From Dicyema japonicum (Eukaryota > Animalia > Dicyemida), in assembly GCA_011109175.1 (NCBI GenBank), contig RDEW01000001.1, positions 1,626,360 through 1,690,359 of the forward strand: 64,000 nt of DNA, given 5' to 3'. Every line of letters starts with the position of its first letter. The stretch's first letter is position 1. A model generated the notes under the pieces. The model was not told where the DNA came from and searched no databases. It saw only the letters and a program-made list of their open reading frames with translations. The translations under genes were made by a program, and so were the position numbers. Positions 12,151 to 26,319 of the stretch are shown piece after piece.

Positions 12151-13321
12151 CTAAAAAATTTATAAGAACCGAGTGACGTGCCCGTTCAACTATGAGCATC
12201 CGGTTCTAAACCGTGTTTGTGTGGGCTCGAGTGGGGAGAATTGTGCCAAAATAAGGCCTCTGCTGGAGGTCGTCGTGATCACACGAGTAGTTAGATTGGT
12301 GTCACCGTGGTCTGAAATTTTCATTGATCTTCAGTAACAGAATAGGAATAATTATCAGGTGCAGCGCAGTTTTTATAGCAGCTAAATTTAAAACATAGCA
12401 CTTAAAAATAAACCAAAAAATATGGCACTTAAATTTTTAATTTTTGAAAAAAGAAACATTAATTTTTTTTAAAAAGGAAACAAAGTCTTTTATTTAAGAG
12501 GCCAGGATTGCGAAGGAGTTCCCACTAATCATCGGCATTTCGAGCCTCTGCCTCAAACAGAGTCCTTCGAAGGGCTCACATCTCTTCGAAGAAAACCTTC
12601 GTCCGATACTGGATCCTCCACATTTTTCTTTACTTCCGTTGGATCATCCATAAAATCCAAATATTTCATCCTATTATGCTTTGTGTAATGTTTTTATGCT
12701 GCGACTCTGAGCAACTGATCTAATCCAGAATAGTTCAAAACTATTCTTCTTAATGAGCGTAGATTTTGTGATAGAACCCGACCCCGAAATGGGGCAAAAA
12801 TTCTCCGATTTTGAGGTTTTCCCTAAAAATGAGGGTCTTCTTAAAAAGCTTAATACAAAATGTGGAAAAATTATTTCTACAATAATAAATTACTATAATC
12901 ATTAGATTTTATTTGTTGATAAAAATGTGTCATTTTCGTCTTATTTTGTTCTTTTTTCGTAGTGAATGCGAAATATCTGCTTTAAATCTTTTTTAAGAGC
13001 ATTTTCAGGTGTTTCTTGTTTGACTACATTAATGTGCATAGTGAAAGCACGTTCCTATCTTTGATGACTTCATACTCTAAAATCTCAATGTAATCATAAA
13101 GATCTCTAAATTTTCATTTTCCAATTATATCCTGATTATTGGGCTGTTTTCTTTATCATGTTGTTTTCTAGTAAATTTCAACTTACAAGGTTTTTTCAAA
13201 GCAATTTCGTATTTTTATTTCGTCGCAGGCCACAAGTAAACAAGTTGCATTATCTAATTTAAGAATTGTCACCCAAATTTCCCCAATTTGGGGTTTATTA
13301 CTAAAGAAAATTTCATTATTA

Positions 13322-14130
13322 CAGTGCGACCCCGAATTGGGGAAACCCTTTTTTAGGGAAAACCTTGCTTTTGGGGAAATATTTTCGCCATCCCTATAAA
13401 ATTCGCTATAATTTTTGATTTATTATTATTTATTTATTCTAACCTGTTTTACCAAATTTATTTAACCAAAAAAGTTAGTTAATTATCAATTTTTGAAGTT
13501 ATTCTATAAATTTTAGAAAGCGAATGCCTAGAAAACTATATCAAAGCGAAAAGATCAGAATTTGCGAGGATATACAATCATGTCTCTATAAGGATAAATT
13601 GATTTGTGAAAGATTTAACATCTCTATAGGAGTGCTATACCGACTAAAAAAGAAAGGGGAAGGAATCCTAGCTCAAGGGTTCTCAATATCCGAAGAGACA
13701 ATTGGATACGAATTGAATGGCCAAGTTTACGAGATTTTTCGTATTCTCAGGTCTAAAGGTTTCCCAATCAATGGGCCAACCTAAAGCTAATTGCACGTAA
13801 AATTGCATATAAAAATACAAATCATGTTTCACTGCTTCCAATGGATGGCTACAGATTTAAGAAGCAATTCGAAATAAAATTCAGAATCACAATCAGCTGA
13901 TAAAGGAGGTGCGGAAAACTTCCATCGACTCTCAATGATTTGCTTGAGAAATATGAAGAAAACATTTTCAATTGTGATGAAACTGCATTATTTTATAAAG
14001 CCGTTTCCAAAAAGAGTTTTGTTGAAAGAAATGAGTCACACAGCGGACATAAAATAAGAAAAGAACGTCTTTTGTGTTGCAGTTACACAGGAGAAAATAT
14101 AAACCGCTTATAATTGGCGTGCGAAAATTT
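13322..14130 (+). mobile_element. Tigger/pogo (CENP-B-like) transposon 5' part, decayed
   Basis: TA|CAGT terminus; ORF 13524 FRILRSKGFPINGP, then FTASNGWL..FKK and NIFNCDETALFYK. Confidence 0.8.
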
Positions 14131-14879
14131 TTAATAGTGATGCCACGTTCGAAATCATCACATTTTACATTAAAAAACGATATAGGTTGGTTTGAATAAG
14201 AATTTTGGTTTCTTACTGCGATCAAATTTTTGGCTTATTTGTAAAAACTATATTTTTGAAATTTTATTGTTAAGGGACTCTAAAAGATATTCCTTCCGCA
14301 GTCCTTCAAGCTGACCAATCAGCCTGATAAACCTTGTCGTGCTGGGGCCAAGCATATTGAAGAATATTTTTGTTTATCTTGAAAGCAGATCACTGACCCT
14401 GCTGAAACGTATCGGATCGGCTATTGCAAGGAGGAAGAAAGATATTAGAGAAAGGAGCTTGCTTATTGAGGGAATCGGTTTTCAATTCCGAGAGGCCAGC
14501 CTTTACTGAAAGACACTTCTAGTAGTTGTTAAGTGTTTTTGTAAAAAAATAATTGTCTGATTTTGCTCAGAAAGTACTTTACTTACCTCAATGTTCAATG
14601 TCAGACGCATCAAAGACTTTTGTGGCATTAAATTATTAACCCCAGCTCAACTAACATGGACAGGTAGTCGTGTACTTTTTCAGTCCATGTTCTGTTTTTG
14701 GAGACAAGTGTGATTTTTCTGAAAGTTCTTTGCAGATCAGTGAGGATCCTACATATGTGTCTGCGGTTAAAAATTTTTAACAGTGGGAAGATTGGGGATT
14801 AGGGTCAAGTGATTGTTGTAGGTATTGTAAGCTTCGCATTTCCGGGTGAAGCCCAACTGAAGGATCTTCAAGTCCCAGC

Positions 14880-14950
14880 GTAATGGTCCCCAGGGGTAGA
14901 TTTTAAACAGCCCGTATGTAATGGTCACCAGGGTAGATTTTAAACAGCCC
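14880..14950. repeat. ~38-bp tandem duplication
   Basis: GTAATGGTCnCCAGGG(G)TAGATTTTAAACAGCCC occurs twice. Confidence 0.85.
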
Positions 14951-16510
14951 TTAAGGCTGAGTGTTGCACTTTTGTATGAGTATGAATAATATGCATTGGG
15001 TAGGCATAATTAACCCCCGTCCTGATTAATTGTTTTTCTAAGGGGGTTAGACATTATTTAGTCGTTTGAGTGACCTCAAAAACCGGTTATGTAGGGATAG
15101 ACTATGACCATTACTGAGGACTTTGGAGGTAAATAAGATCGCCAAGATAGAATAGAGAAGGTTGCATGAGCTACATGTATGCCAATGACGCTAAGACTGA
15201 AATTAAGGGGAGACCTGATCCCCGAGAAGCACAAATGAAAAGATAACGGAAACGAGACCTATGGGAGTGTAAAATGGTTCAAGTCAGTCTCCAGAGAAAA
15301 TATTTGCGAGCTAAGATTTTTAGACATAAGGAATAGTGGAAGACTTAGTCTTGTTGGATAGAACCATGGGGGAAATAGGTTTTATTTAGCCAGGACATTT
15401 CCTTCAGGTAAGGGAGTATTTTCGAAATCGATTAGTTGTTTCTTGTTCATGGGGGATAGTTATGTACAGAGTTGATGATTGTCTTTGATCTCTTTACATG
15501 TCTTCTTTCATGGATGAGATCATGAAAATTTTGGTATTGAATTTTTTTCTGACTGGCAAAGTTATAGAGAGGATAGACTCAATTGAGTTAGTCAAATCGT
15601 TCCATCTTGCTTTCCTTTACTTACGAAGATCCTTCCAACTGCAGCACGCGAGGAAAATAAGGGAATGTCGATGACGACCGGGTGTGTCGGGGAAAGAAAT
15701 GGTCAGGGGTGATCAGACCATCCAGGAAAGAGTCACTCCACGTTACGACACAAATACTGAGTAATCGAGATTTTAGGAGGAGTGAAGGTAGAAAGTCTGG
15801 ATTCCAGTAGTAATATCAATTAGGTTCTTTGAGGGGTAGTCATTGAGCTCGGAGTGTTTGGGCGTGTATACCAGTGTCATCTTAACCACTTACCGGTGGC
15901 ATTAGTATGAACCCAATCCCTTAAGTTATCATGGACGGATTTTAATTAAAAAAAAACTTTTGAACAAATATAAACATTTCCAAAAAAGTGAGTGAAAAAT
16001 TCGAGTTTCGGAAAATTTCGATCAATATCACTCCTGCAAGTGGCGTGACCTTTAATGCTAATTTCAGAAACGTTCAACTTTAATCATTTCTAGGCACTGA
16101 TACAGGATACAAGAGATCCCAGAGGGAGACACCCCAAGTGGGTAAAAATAAAAACTTGATTTTTTAAAACTGCTTATTTGAACATTCTTCTTACAAATGG
16201 AATAATAAAAATACTTACTTCAAGTCTCCTAAGTAATTTAACACATGCACAACAAATGCTAATGAAGAATCAGCAGAACAGAATAGCAGTCGGTTAACTG
16301 AATTGAGAACACATGCCTAACAAGTCCGGGCTGTAGAGGTCACAGAAGAGACTCATCGTCGTTTGCAAAATAATCGACGCTCGCGATAGCCCCCCACGGG
16401 TGTCTAGTATATTTTATAATTTGTGGCCACAAAGAATACTTATTTATTTTAATTTTAAATTAAATTTAAAAATTGTTTTGCTCGTTTTATTTCTTAATAA
16501 AAAATTCCAA

Positions 16511-17704
16511 ATGCCAATTTCAAAATATAGTTACGGCTTCACTAAAAATGGGGAGGAAATCATAAAGTCTGATCATTTTGTTCATTGGTAGATTTACTTT
16601 GGTGGACAGTCACGGAAAGGTAGAACTGATAAACTATGGTGCCACGGTGACTTCTATATATGTACCAGACAAAAATGGGGAATATTCTGATGTTGTGCTA
16701 GGTCATTCCAACTTGTCAGGTACAGTGATGACGTAATCAAAGAATACGAAGAGAGTAGTGTATACTTGGGAGCTGTTTGTGGGAGAGTGGCCAACAGGGT
16801 CAGGGAGGGCCGGTTTTCACTGGACGGGAAAGTCCACCAGTTGTCACAAAATGTGAAGGACTGTCATCTTCATGGCGGAATTGTCGGGTTCAATAAAAAG
16901 TCCTGGGATTATAAGGTGGATGAAGAACATAACCGAGTCACTTTTATTTTGCGCAGTTGTGACGGAGAAGAAGGGTACCCTGGGGACGTGGATGTGTCAG
17001 TTCAGTACTCACTGGGGGAAGCCTCAAATTCCCAGTCTCCTGGAGTTGTGCTACGTGCTGAATACTCCGCCATTTGCAGCTCACCAACAATCGTCAATCT
17101 GACGAATCATTCTTACTTCAATTTGGGGGGACACGTTGATTTCGGGTAACAATTAAGGACTCGGGGATGATCTCAGATCACCATTTTCAGTTTGGAGCCT
17201 CGTTTTACACTCCCCTTGACGATTCTTTAGTTCCTAATGGTTCCTTACTTTTCTTACCTAATTAGGGGAGATCAGGACCGTGGAGAATACGGTATTCGAC
17301 TTTAGAAAGCCACGTGTGTTTTCAGAGGCGCTTTTAGCTAATGATAAGAGTGGATTCGATCTCAACTATTGCTATGGAAATTCAGGGACTCTAAAAACGA
17401 TGGCAAAGTGCAGAGTCTTGATATTTATTCCAGGGTGGTCCATCCTCCTAGTGGGAGAGCGCTTACAGTTGAAAGTACTCTACCGGGGATGCAGTTTTAT
17501 ACAGGAAACTATCTTATTGATATTCCTGGAAAGGGAGACGTCTTGTATCAACCACAAGGTGCCTTCTGTTTGGAGACACAAAATTATCCTGATGCCATTA
17601 ATAATGTATTCGTGGGTTTGATTTAGCCTCACTGTTTTCCTTCCCCTGTTCTGAGACCGGGAGAAGTGTACCGACATGAGACTACCTTCATATTTTCTGT
17701 TTGA
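16511..17704 (+). CDS. GALM: Aldose 1-epimerase / galactose mutarotase
   Basis: Six introns (16567-16591, 16720-16742, 17135-17157, 17240-17265, 17408-17433, 17606-17626) give a continuous frame with INYGAT, DVVLG, GRVANR, HLHGG, NLTNHSYFNL, QFYTGN and FCLETQNYPD. Confidence 0.95.
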
Positions 17705-17859
17705 ATTAACATATTTTGGTTATATTTTTTGGGTGTGACTAATTGTGGTTAATGGAATGTTAGTATCAAAGACTGGTGGTTTATCAGTCAATTGGTGGAT
17801 GGTTGTTGAGTTGGTGACCTTCTTCAAAAAATGTCTTTATTTGACCAACAGACTAATCA

Positions 17860-19285
17860 ATGGTACTTCGACCCTTTGATCAGGAACATTTTCTTTAGCC
17901 CTCTTTTATACACATTCAACAAACTGGGCGGGGTATTCGCTTGAGAAGCTTGGTGTCTTAGATTTCGGGGAGACTCACGAAACCGACTGAGATGTCTCCG
18001 GCTCATCTAGGCGTTGGTATCTCTCACGGCTGTGAGGTTGACATACATTCGACACACTGTTTGCCTTCTCGGGAAATTTGTGAGTGTAAATCACCTGTGG
18101 AGCTGGATATCTTTAACCCGTTCTATTCCCTCAGGCGTGATCAGGATGTCTTCGCTAATCTGCTCATGAATTGGAGAGATTGCTTATTTTCGGAGATCAT
18201 ATTGTTGGCTCTTTTACTGGTGTGCAGTGAGGTAACCGTCTTGGACCTCTTCTTTTCTCCCTGACTATTGACCATGTTAGATATACCGCTTTTTCCCAAT
18301 TTTGTTCCCAAGGTGGTTTTCTCGCTACGAAGTTCCCTCTGTTTCCACGATTCTGATTCCCTCAAAATTCTGGAGCACCTTATTTGACAGAGACTGCAAA
18401 AATGATGAATATTCGATTTGATAGCACTGTCTGGTATCAGGATTGGGGAAATAAGCTTAGGATCTTCTACTTTCTTGGCTATTCTTGTCACCCCTTGGCT
18501 TGCCGTTCAATCTAATATTTCTGCCTCGGGTTGAGTCTGGACCCTATGCTTAACAAGGTTGTGCAACAGGGACAAAAAACGGGTTAGATGTCCCAATGGA
18601 CTATAATTCCAAAGAGATTGAGATAAATCCAATGAAAAGACGCTACAGGAATTAGAAAGGTCAACATATACTCATTCTGCACATGTCCGTAGAAAATTCG
18701 CGGTCCTGGCTCAATGCCTTCCCGGTTCACGCAGTTGGTACTCAGCTGGATAACGATACTATTCTTGTTGGAGTTGCTCTTTGTCTAGGCCTCGATATCT
18801 GCTTGGAACACCTATGATGACGGGGTGGGACGGTTAACCACTTTCATGCTGACGATGTGCCAGGAAATTCCGTCTCCATGCCATGCTAAACGTAATTGAC
18901 ATGAGGTTATCGAATTGCCGTCTGGAATCCGTCGGACTTGACAGAAATAATGGCAAGAGGTCGGATCGTGTAACAATCATGCCATGAAGCTGTCTCTTAC
19001 GGTGTCTCATTCGGGACATAACCTGCACGGATACATTTTTAAAACGTGAATCTGTTCAAGTCATCGCTATGTGTAGGTTCCACAACGAATACTGCTGACG
19101 ATTCCTAAAAGAGAAAACATCGTAGCACTGGGAATCTGTTCGCTTTCTAGCCGATGTCCATTGAGCCGTCTAGAGTACTTGTCCCCAGCACATCAAAGTT
19201 TATAGGGAAAGCCTTGAATGACGCGATGGCTCTTCCAGAACATTGAGCTCGCGACCATGAGAAGTAACTCCCATTACGTTCTCAA
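17860..19285 (+). mobile_element. Decayed CRE-like non-LTR element (RT, zinc knuckle, RLE)
   Basis: HLGVGISHGCE, GLDRNNGKRSD and terminal ATMRSNS remnants. Confidence 0.7.
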
Positions 19286-19384
19286 TTCCCGCAACCCATA
19301 GTTGAGCCCTTTGACTTTCTTTGACATTTTCTTTGATTTAAGTATTTTTAATGATATATATTTAAATTTAAATAAATTTATAAA

Positions 19385-19862
19385 ATGTTTTTTGTTCCAT
19401 GTTGCACTTTGTTGTCATCTTTCAGTAAATCAAAAATTCACATGGTTTTATCCGAAAACAACAATTTCAAGAATATCTATCGAGCTCTTAGCCAAAAGTG
19501 GTACTATCTTAAAAGTTGATTAAAGTTCAGAGCAGGAATATCTAACAGCCCTCAAGAAGGCCTTTATCCACCTTGGAGATATTTTTTACAAACTCGAGGA
19601 CTCTGGTATAGTCAATCCCGACTTCTCTGCAGATATCCAAGATTCCTCAATTTCCGTTGAAATTTCTAAGAAAATCGGGACTTTTGTGATAAGTCGTCAA
19701 CTGCCTTCCAAACAAATATGGCTTTCATCTCCCATAAGTGGTCCCTCCCATTATGACTTGTTGAAAAATGATTGGGTTGATTTAAGAACAGACAGAAGAC
19801 TCTATTCACTGCTAAGTCACGAATTCTCCTCTTTGCTTAAATTCGACGTAAATTTTGATTGA
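19385..19862 (+). CDS. FXN: Frataxin (mitochondrial Fe-S biogenesis)
   Basis: One 25-nt intron (19501-19525). The spliced protein has GTFVISRQLPSKQIWLSSPISGPSHYD (family signature GTYVINKQ.PNKQIWLSSP.SGP.RYD) and an S/K-rich N-terminal leader. It is not represented correctly in the ORF track. Confidence 0.92.
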
Positions 19863-21284
19863 CCCTGAAATATAAAATTTTCTATTTTATTTTGAATCGT
19901 AAAAAAATTAATTGGTTTACTATTTATTTATTTGGCGTTCAGGGGTTATCAATGGTGACTTCTTTGTATGGGGCTCCATGTTGTGGGTTTTATTTGGGGT
20001 ATTTTACTCTGCTGTTAGATGCTGGTTGAAGGAACAGAAGAAAATTTTAGCGACTCTAAAAATTAGATTTTCCCCACATTTTATAATGGGGGTTTGTTTA
20101 ATGAAAATTTGTCAGAGGTCAATTTAAAAAAATTGACATTATGTGTCGACTCCCTGTTTCCTACAAGGATCAAGGCACTATCCGCCGCAGAGAAGTCTAA
20201 GAGAAGAAACACCAAGGGATTCTCGACCGATTCACATTTCTTGTGAGTGTTGTCTTGACAACTGGAGCGTCAAGAAGGCGGGAGTTTCTGTCATATACGA
20301 TCATGCACCAATTTTAGTAGAATTCAATCTTTTATGCTACAGGGGACCTTATATCTTGAATTTTTAAGTATTCTAACCCCCGTGATAATAGAATGATTCT
20401 ACGGCCCCGATGACATGTGTTACCATGTGGATAAGTGGTTAAAGATATCTCTTCCTTTTCTCTGGTGACGTCATTGGATCCACCTTACTCAGGTGACTCC
20501 GAATGACTGGCCGGCATTCAAAAGGATCCTCTATTCATTCCACAGGGAGACAATTTCGCTCCCTAGAGACAAGTTCGAGTATCTCCTTAGCTTCCAAGAC
20601 GTCGTCCTCTGAACACCAACAATAGTAAAGTCACCAACCTTTAGGTTCCTCCACCAAGTGATTTCTCACTTCATATATATTACTGTCTTCACATTCATTA
20701 AATAAGTTCATGAAAGCGCAACTTTTGTCGTGAAGGCTTATCGTCATGTGATGAGTTTACATTCGATTTAGCCTCTGGTGAGACCTTGGAATTTCAGCGC
20801 TAGCTTGTCCTCGTTTTTGTACAAAATCAAACATCTAAATAGAGTTAGTAACTATGATTTTTTCGCCATACATAAAAATTGTACGAGTGAGAATTATTCT
20901 CAAATAGAAATTATCACTGCGTTAAATTACTAACCCCGGATACACCGAGAAAAAAGTTTAAAGTAAAAAAACTAGTTATGTGTATCCATTTCCATTGCTG
21001 TAGAAACAGAATCCATCCGGAACTTGCAGTTGTGGAAACCCCTCCAGTGGAGTGGGGGAGAGCAATGATATTAAAATTGTTCAAAAAATAAAAACCCGTT
21101 TCCTTTTATGGGCGAACCATTGATTATAACAGGACGTCCTCGGGAATGGGATATCTATCCGTCTCGGGATCGACCTGTGCCAGCCTTATCCATGCCGTTG
21201 TGGATCTGTTGTGGAATGCAAAAGACTTCACCCGCTGTTTGCCGTTCAGCAGAGGCCGGTTCACTGAGTCATGAAGCCATCAAC

Positions 21285-21690
21285 GGGGTTGTGAAGCGCT
21301 CTCCTAAGGCGGCTGGATTCCCGTCGTCTCTGGAACTGGTGGGCCTGGATAGTGGATATGGAAAGCGCCCAGACATGGTAGCTGTCTTCCTCTACTCTCG
21401 GGGGAAATGCTTGATTAGGGATGGCCTGTACCAACACCTTTCACCAGTCGAGACTTGCTGGTTCCGCTTTGAAAGCTGCGGAGGCGGCTCAAACATTCGA
21501 GAATTTCAATATTAAAAAATACGACAGTTTCTTTAAAAGATTCCATTTACAGCCCGTTGTTTGGAATCCAAGACGGTCTCTTTTATAAAGTCACTTGGGT
21601 CAATGATATCGAAAGTGAGCAATAAGCGTCTAGAAACCAAATGGTTGTTCCAAAGGATTTCTCTGGCAGTTGTCGGGAAACAGCCATTCC
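21285..21690 (+). mobile_element. CRE-like element RLE domain fragment
   Basis: HEAINGVVKRS..AGFPSSLELVGLDSGYGKRPD and ETKWLFQRISLAVV. Confidence 0.8.
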
Positions 21691-22229
21691 ATCCTATCAG
21701 CTTGATTATTTTGATCGTCTTGTTATGTGATAAATTGTTTTCACTTGGAAAAAAACTAATAAAAATTCAATTTTAGCGTTATTAATAAAAATTATAATTT
21801 TGAAGGCTGGGATCACCTAAGTGAGTTAACTTTTCTTTCTTGGTGGTCTTGGAGTTTAAAAAAAATTATTAAGTTTTAAAATAAATAATAATTATGACAT
21901 CAAAAGTCCTAGTAAATTCTATTGGCATACAAATGCCTTTAGAATCTGTCCTAGGAAAGACACTTACAAGGAAAGTTTTTGTCTCTGATATTCTGAACAA
22001 ATTGAAAATATGGACAGAGAGGTGGGGTAGTAGCACGTTCTACAAAATCCGTCACTAAGTTTCTGCTAAACGAGGTTCCATTAGGATCTCCTCTGTCACT
22101 ATCTCGGTCAACCTCTTCCAACCCATACCAGCGATAATGCACTATTTTTCGTATCTACCTATGTTTTCGCTTACAAGATTTATTAGACTATTTGAACAGT
22201 CAGCATATAAAACCTATTATACACAAGCC

Positions 22230-22700
22230 ATGAGAAATCAAGCACTTGTGTCGAAAAAGTGCAGAACGATTCCCAAGTCACAAGGCGATTAACGGATTTG
22301 TCAAGCAAGCCTTGGAGTCTGCGGGATACCCCGTCATACTTGAGCCAGTTAGCCTGGACAGAGGAGACGGAAATGTCCTGACGAGATCACACAATCTTCC
22401 TATTCGAAAAGGGGAAACCTTTGGTCTGGGATGCTAGTTGTGTCGACCCACTTTGCACATCCAACATTGTCGGAGAGAAGTAGACACACTCCATGCCGCT
22501 AAAAAAACAATGAAGGCATAGGTGAAGAAATACGAAGCGCTACGCGACCGATTCGCGTTCTATTCCATTGTGGTCGAGACAACTAGAGTAATAAGGTGTA
22601 AAATCACTTCGCTTCCAAAGCCACGACACGCGTGAGACCCGTTGGCTTCTCCAGTTGATCTCTGTTGCAATCGTGAGAGGCAACACAACGTCGATAATAC
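22230..22700 (+). mobile_element. CRE-like element RLE domain fragment
   Basis: CRKSAERFPSHKAINGFVKQALESAGYPVILEPVSLDRGDG, LVWD and AIVRGN. Confidence 0.8.
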
Positions 22701-24029
22701 GGCGGGGTCCACCATGGATGTGCTAATTATTGTCCTAACAAGTTTTCACATAATATTGTGGAAGTACGGATGTCAGATAGAACTAAGAAAAATTCAGGGT
22801 CCTTTTAATTAAAAAATCATATTTATAAAAATTAATTAAAATTAGTTGTGTCAAGTTCAATCATGTCCCCGGTTTTTCTATACGGCTCAAAATAATAGAT
22901 ACTGCAAAAGGCGGAACAATTTGAAGGGTATTTAAACTTTTTCGATAATATAGATCAGGTTTTAATTTCAAATATTTTCCACTAATAGTAAACGCAGTGA
23001 TTGTGTCTAACTTTTGCAACATCATTGTTCACATTAATTATTAAATTTTATTTCCAACTCGTTGCCATATAGGTCCCGTGGACGATATTTTTACAAGTTT
23101 GTTAAGGGTGCAATAGCTTGAATAAGTTAGAACTCCTGATATAGATCGACAACATTTAGCCAACAAAAATTAATTGAATCTGAAATTGGAAACTAGGATT
23201 TGAAGGTAACACTAAGGCTCTTAAGAAATGAGACGTTTCACTTAACAAATTATATATGCCTTTGTTCATTGTTCTATTCAAATACAACCAAATTTCCTTC
23301 CTTCGCAATCACAAGCAAGGATCGTGCCAAATATGTTAAAAATGAATAAATAGCTTCGTTCAACGCAATATTCAACCATATTTGAAGTCACATTAATTTT
23401 GTAGTAAAATAAACGTCAAATGTCGTGAAACGCTGGACTTGGGGTTTATTTAATATTTTCATACAAATTAAGGCATAGGTTATTGTTCGAAAATCAAAAG
23501 TATAGCAAAAATACAAAGACCTCATTCTTCACAGTCAAAAAGTTTGTGCATTAGCATATTGGGGAATGTAACACTAGATATCGATTCATTGATTGTGCTG
23601 ACATAAATTCTTGCTCCACACAATCACATGAGATTCCTCAACAGTGATACAGTCATTAATCATATAACATGTCGGATTATTAATTCTTTGTATAGAAACG
23701 ATAATTAATGGCATGTGACATGTATCCACCACCTTGTAAGGGACAACATAAAAACATTTTTTCTCTTGTGTGCTTTTTGGTATATTTTTGGGATAAATTA
23801 TGGGAAAATTTAATCTTGTGAAATTGGAATATTCGGATAAATAAAAATTTAGAATTACAAGAAATGTCAAAGGAATTGGGCAAAGTAGAATTCTGGAAGA
23901 AAATAAATAAAATAATGCTGAAATAAAAAAATAGTCTGTAAGGCACTAATAGTCAAGAGAATATAAAAATGGATTGAAATCACGAGTTCATACAATTCGA
24001 TGGTCCATTCAAATCTAAATTGGTTCTCA

Positions 24030-24805
24030 AAATTTCTTTAGTCAGACAATACAGAAATCGAAAATAAAAAACTTTGCACTGACTTCAAAATCAAGCAAAT
24101 TCACAGAAAACCTAGCAATCCTCGGTGACAAGGGATTTCAAAAGATTCCATCAAACAAATGTATTTGAATTGTCCAAAATGGTGGATAACAGTGAAAAAT
24201 AGTTGCTTGACAAATCAGAATCAAATGAGGAGCGGTATTTTGACGAAATTTATTAATAAAGATCGTAACTTTAAACCTATAAATGTTCAGGAATATTTAA
24301 TTTCGTATTACAATTAATAATTTCGCGTTGAGGTTGTTTTAAATATTTTAATTTGACGTCCGTAAATACGAGTCCCTCGGTGTGTAACAACTGGAACCGG
24401 GATACGAAGACGGACGCCTTTCTCTCCTGCATTGATCCAAACTCGTTCAAAAGGTGTAAGCGAAGGGAGAGATTTTCAATTTAATAGTAAAAAAATCTGA
24501 AAGTAAAAATATCGACTGTAGGAATGAGAAACTAAAGAAATAGTTATTCAAATTAATAATTCTTTGTTGTTAACAAATCATATGACATCAATTGAAGTTA
24601 ATATTAGTTCAATGTTAATTATTCTTTGTTGTTTGCATATTGGCTCCCCATTGGTATCACGTTGTCCAAAATACTAAATAACAATGAAGAAATGTGGCCT
24701 GATTCAATAGAAAATGCTGTTCTTTGTGTTTAATGAATAAAAATGACATCGATTGAAGTTAATCTTAGTTCAATACTGTATATAGGTATCGTCGCGTTAA
24801 CATGT
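24030..24805 (+). mobile_element. Second Ginger-like integrase transposon relic
   Basis: L*SDNTEIENKKLCTDFKIKQIHRKPSNPR...LSKMVDNSEK matches 3333-3704; 24710-24805 matches the end sequence at 51820-51930 (inverted). Confidence 0.7.
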
Positions 24806-25289
24806 GTTTTAATATTCATGAAAATAATCTTGAGGACGACGTAGCAACTTAGATCGAATATTCTGGAAGACACATATAGTCGAAGAATATAAAAAGGGAG
24901 AAATCAAATAGTGAAAAATAATCCATTTTTATAGGTTACCAAAATATAAAACATATATTAGACATTTTAATAACAGCTTCTACACTATTTGATGAATCCA
25001 ATAATATACTATTGAAGAAAATATATCACAATACTAAAATGAAATACCACAAACAACTAACCACAAGAACGTGCTAACCCATGCCAAATAATATATAGAT
25101 GTTAAAAGGTTCGCCATATTGTAAAACAATTTTTAAAAATAAATAGGTATTAAATTAATTTAAATTAGTCAAAATTTGACATTAATTGTTAAATCTACCA
25201 TAATTATTGTTATTCTTTTAGTTTTGCGAAGATCTAACATTCCCGGAGAAAATCCTTTGCCCATCGAAGAGAAAAGCACTTTCCGTCTC

Positions 25290-25723
25290 TTCAGCTAAAC
25301 ATAAATGGAATTAAGGAAAAATTAGGGAACTCCACTCACTCCTGGCTTGTCAAAAGATTAACGTTACGTTGATTCAACAGACTGTCTTTTAATGACCCTA
25401 TTCATACATTCTCAGGATACAAAACTATCAGGAAAAACCGTAAAGAAAAAAGAGGTGGAGGTCTGCTCACTCTATTCAAAAAGAACTTGAAATGCAGAGC
25501 CATCTCCTCGGAAGTGAGGAAACTTGTTGGGGATGATGATGTAACAGAAATAATTGGAATCTCGCTCGGGACAACTTGTGAATATCTAGGAAGACTATGC
25601 CTTGTGAATATCTACGTTCCGCCTCCTGGTTCCTGTCCGAAGAGCTATGTTATGCCATACCTATCACTACTGTTTTCCTTTGATGAGATCATCATCTGCG
25701 GGGATTTGAATGGACAAATATGA
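25290..25723 (+). mobile_element. LINE apurinic endonuclease domain relic (I/Jockey-like)
   Basis: QLNINGI, GYKTIRKNRKEKRGGGLL, VNIYVPP and IICGDLN. Confidence 0.8.
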
Positions 25724-26319
25724 GGAAAGGCAAAAGAGGGCTTAGAGTAACGGAGCGTTGGATTTGTGAAGATCACCGACCCGGACCTACGCCTCTGGAG
25801 GCCCTTCTGAGACTAGACTCCAGATCACGGGAAGGTGGCCCTGAAAATTCTGGCAGCCGTCGTGTACGTTCATGCGCGGGCACGAAGGAAGAACACCGGG
25901 CAAAAATGAGGTCTCTGTTAGAATGCATCGGGATCACGTAATAATTAGTTTGGTTTTACCGTGATCTTGAGTTAAATACTTAAATAAAAATTTTTCCAGT
26001 GAGCTTTATTCTTCACTAGAAAATTGAGGTCCTTCTATTTCTCTTATCAAACCAAAACGTGACTCAACCACAAATAATATTTTTATGGAAGGCGATTAAG
26101 ACCAAAAATCGTCCTACTCGAGCAGTCCAGATGGATTTCTACAATAGTATTGAGGAAGACAGGCCCTTATGCTATCATAGCTTTTCAATCTCTCCGTCAG
26201 CAAGGACTCCATCCCTACCCTATGGAAATTATCCGATATACGACCAATCTTAATACCAGGACGGCCGAAAAACTCACCTTCCTTTACAGACCTGTCAACA
26301 CATCAAAACAGTTTAATTC

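Noticed and set aside
23586-23946. Minus-strand ORFs with a hydrophobic N-terminus
   Set aside because: No ATG start, no recognisable domain, no consistent micro-intron model; AT-rich sequence beside TE relics.
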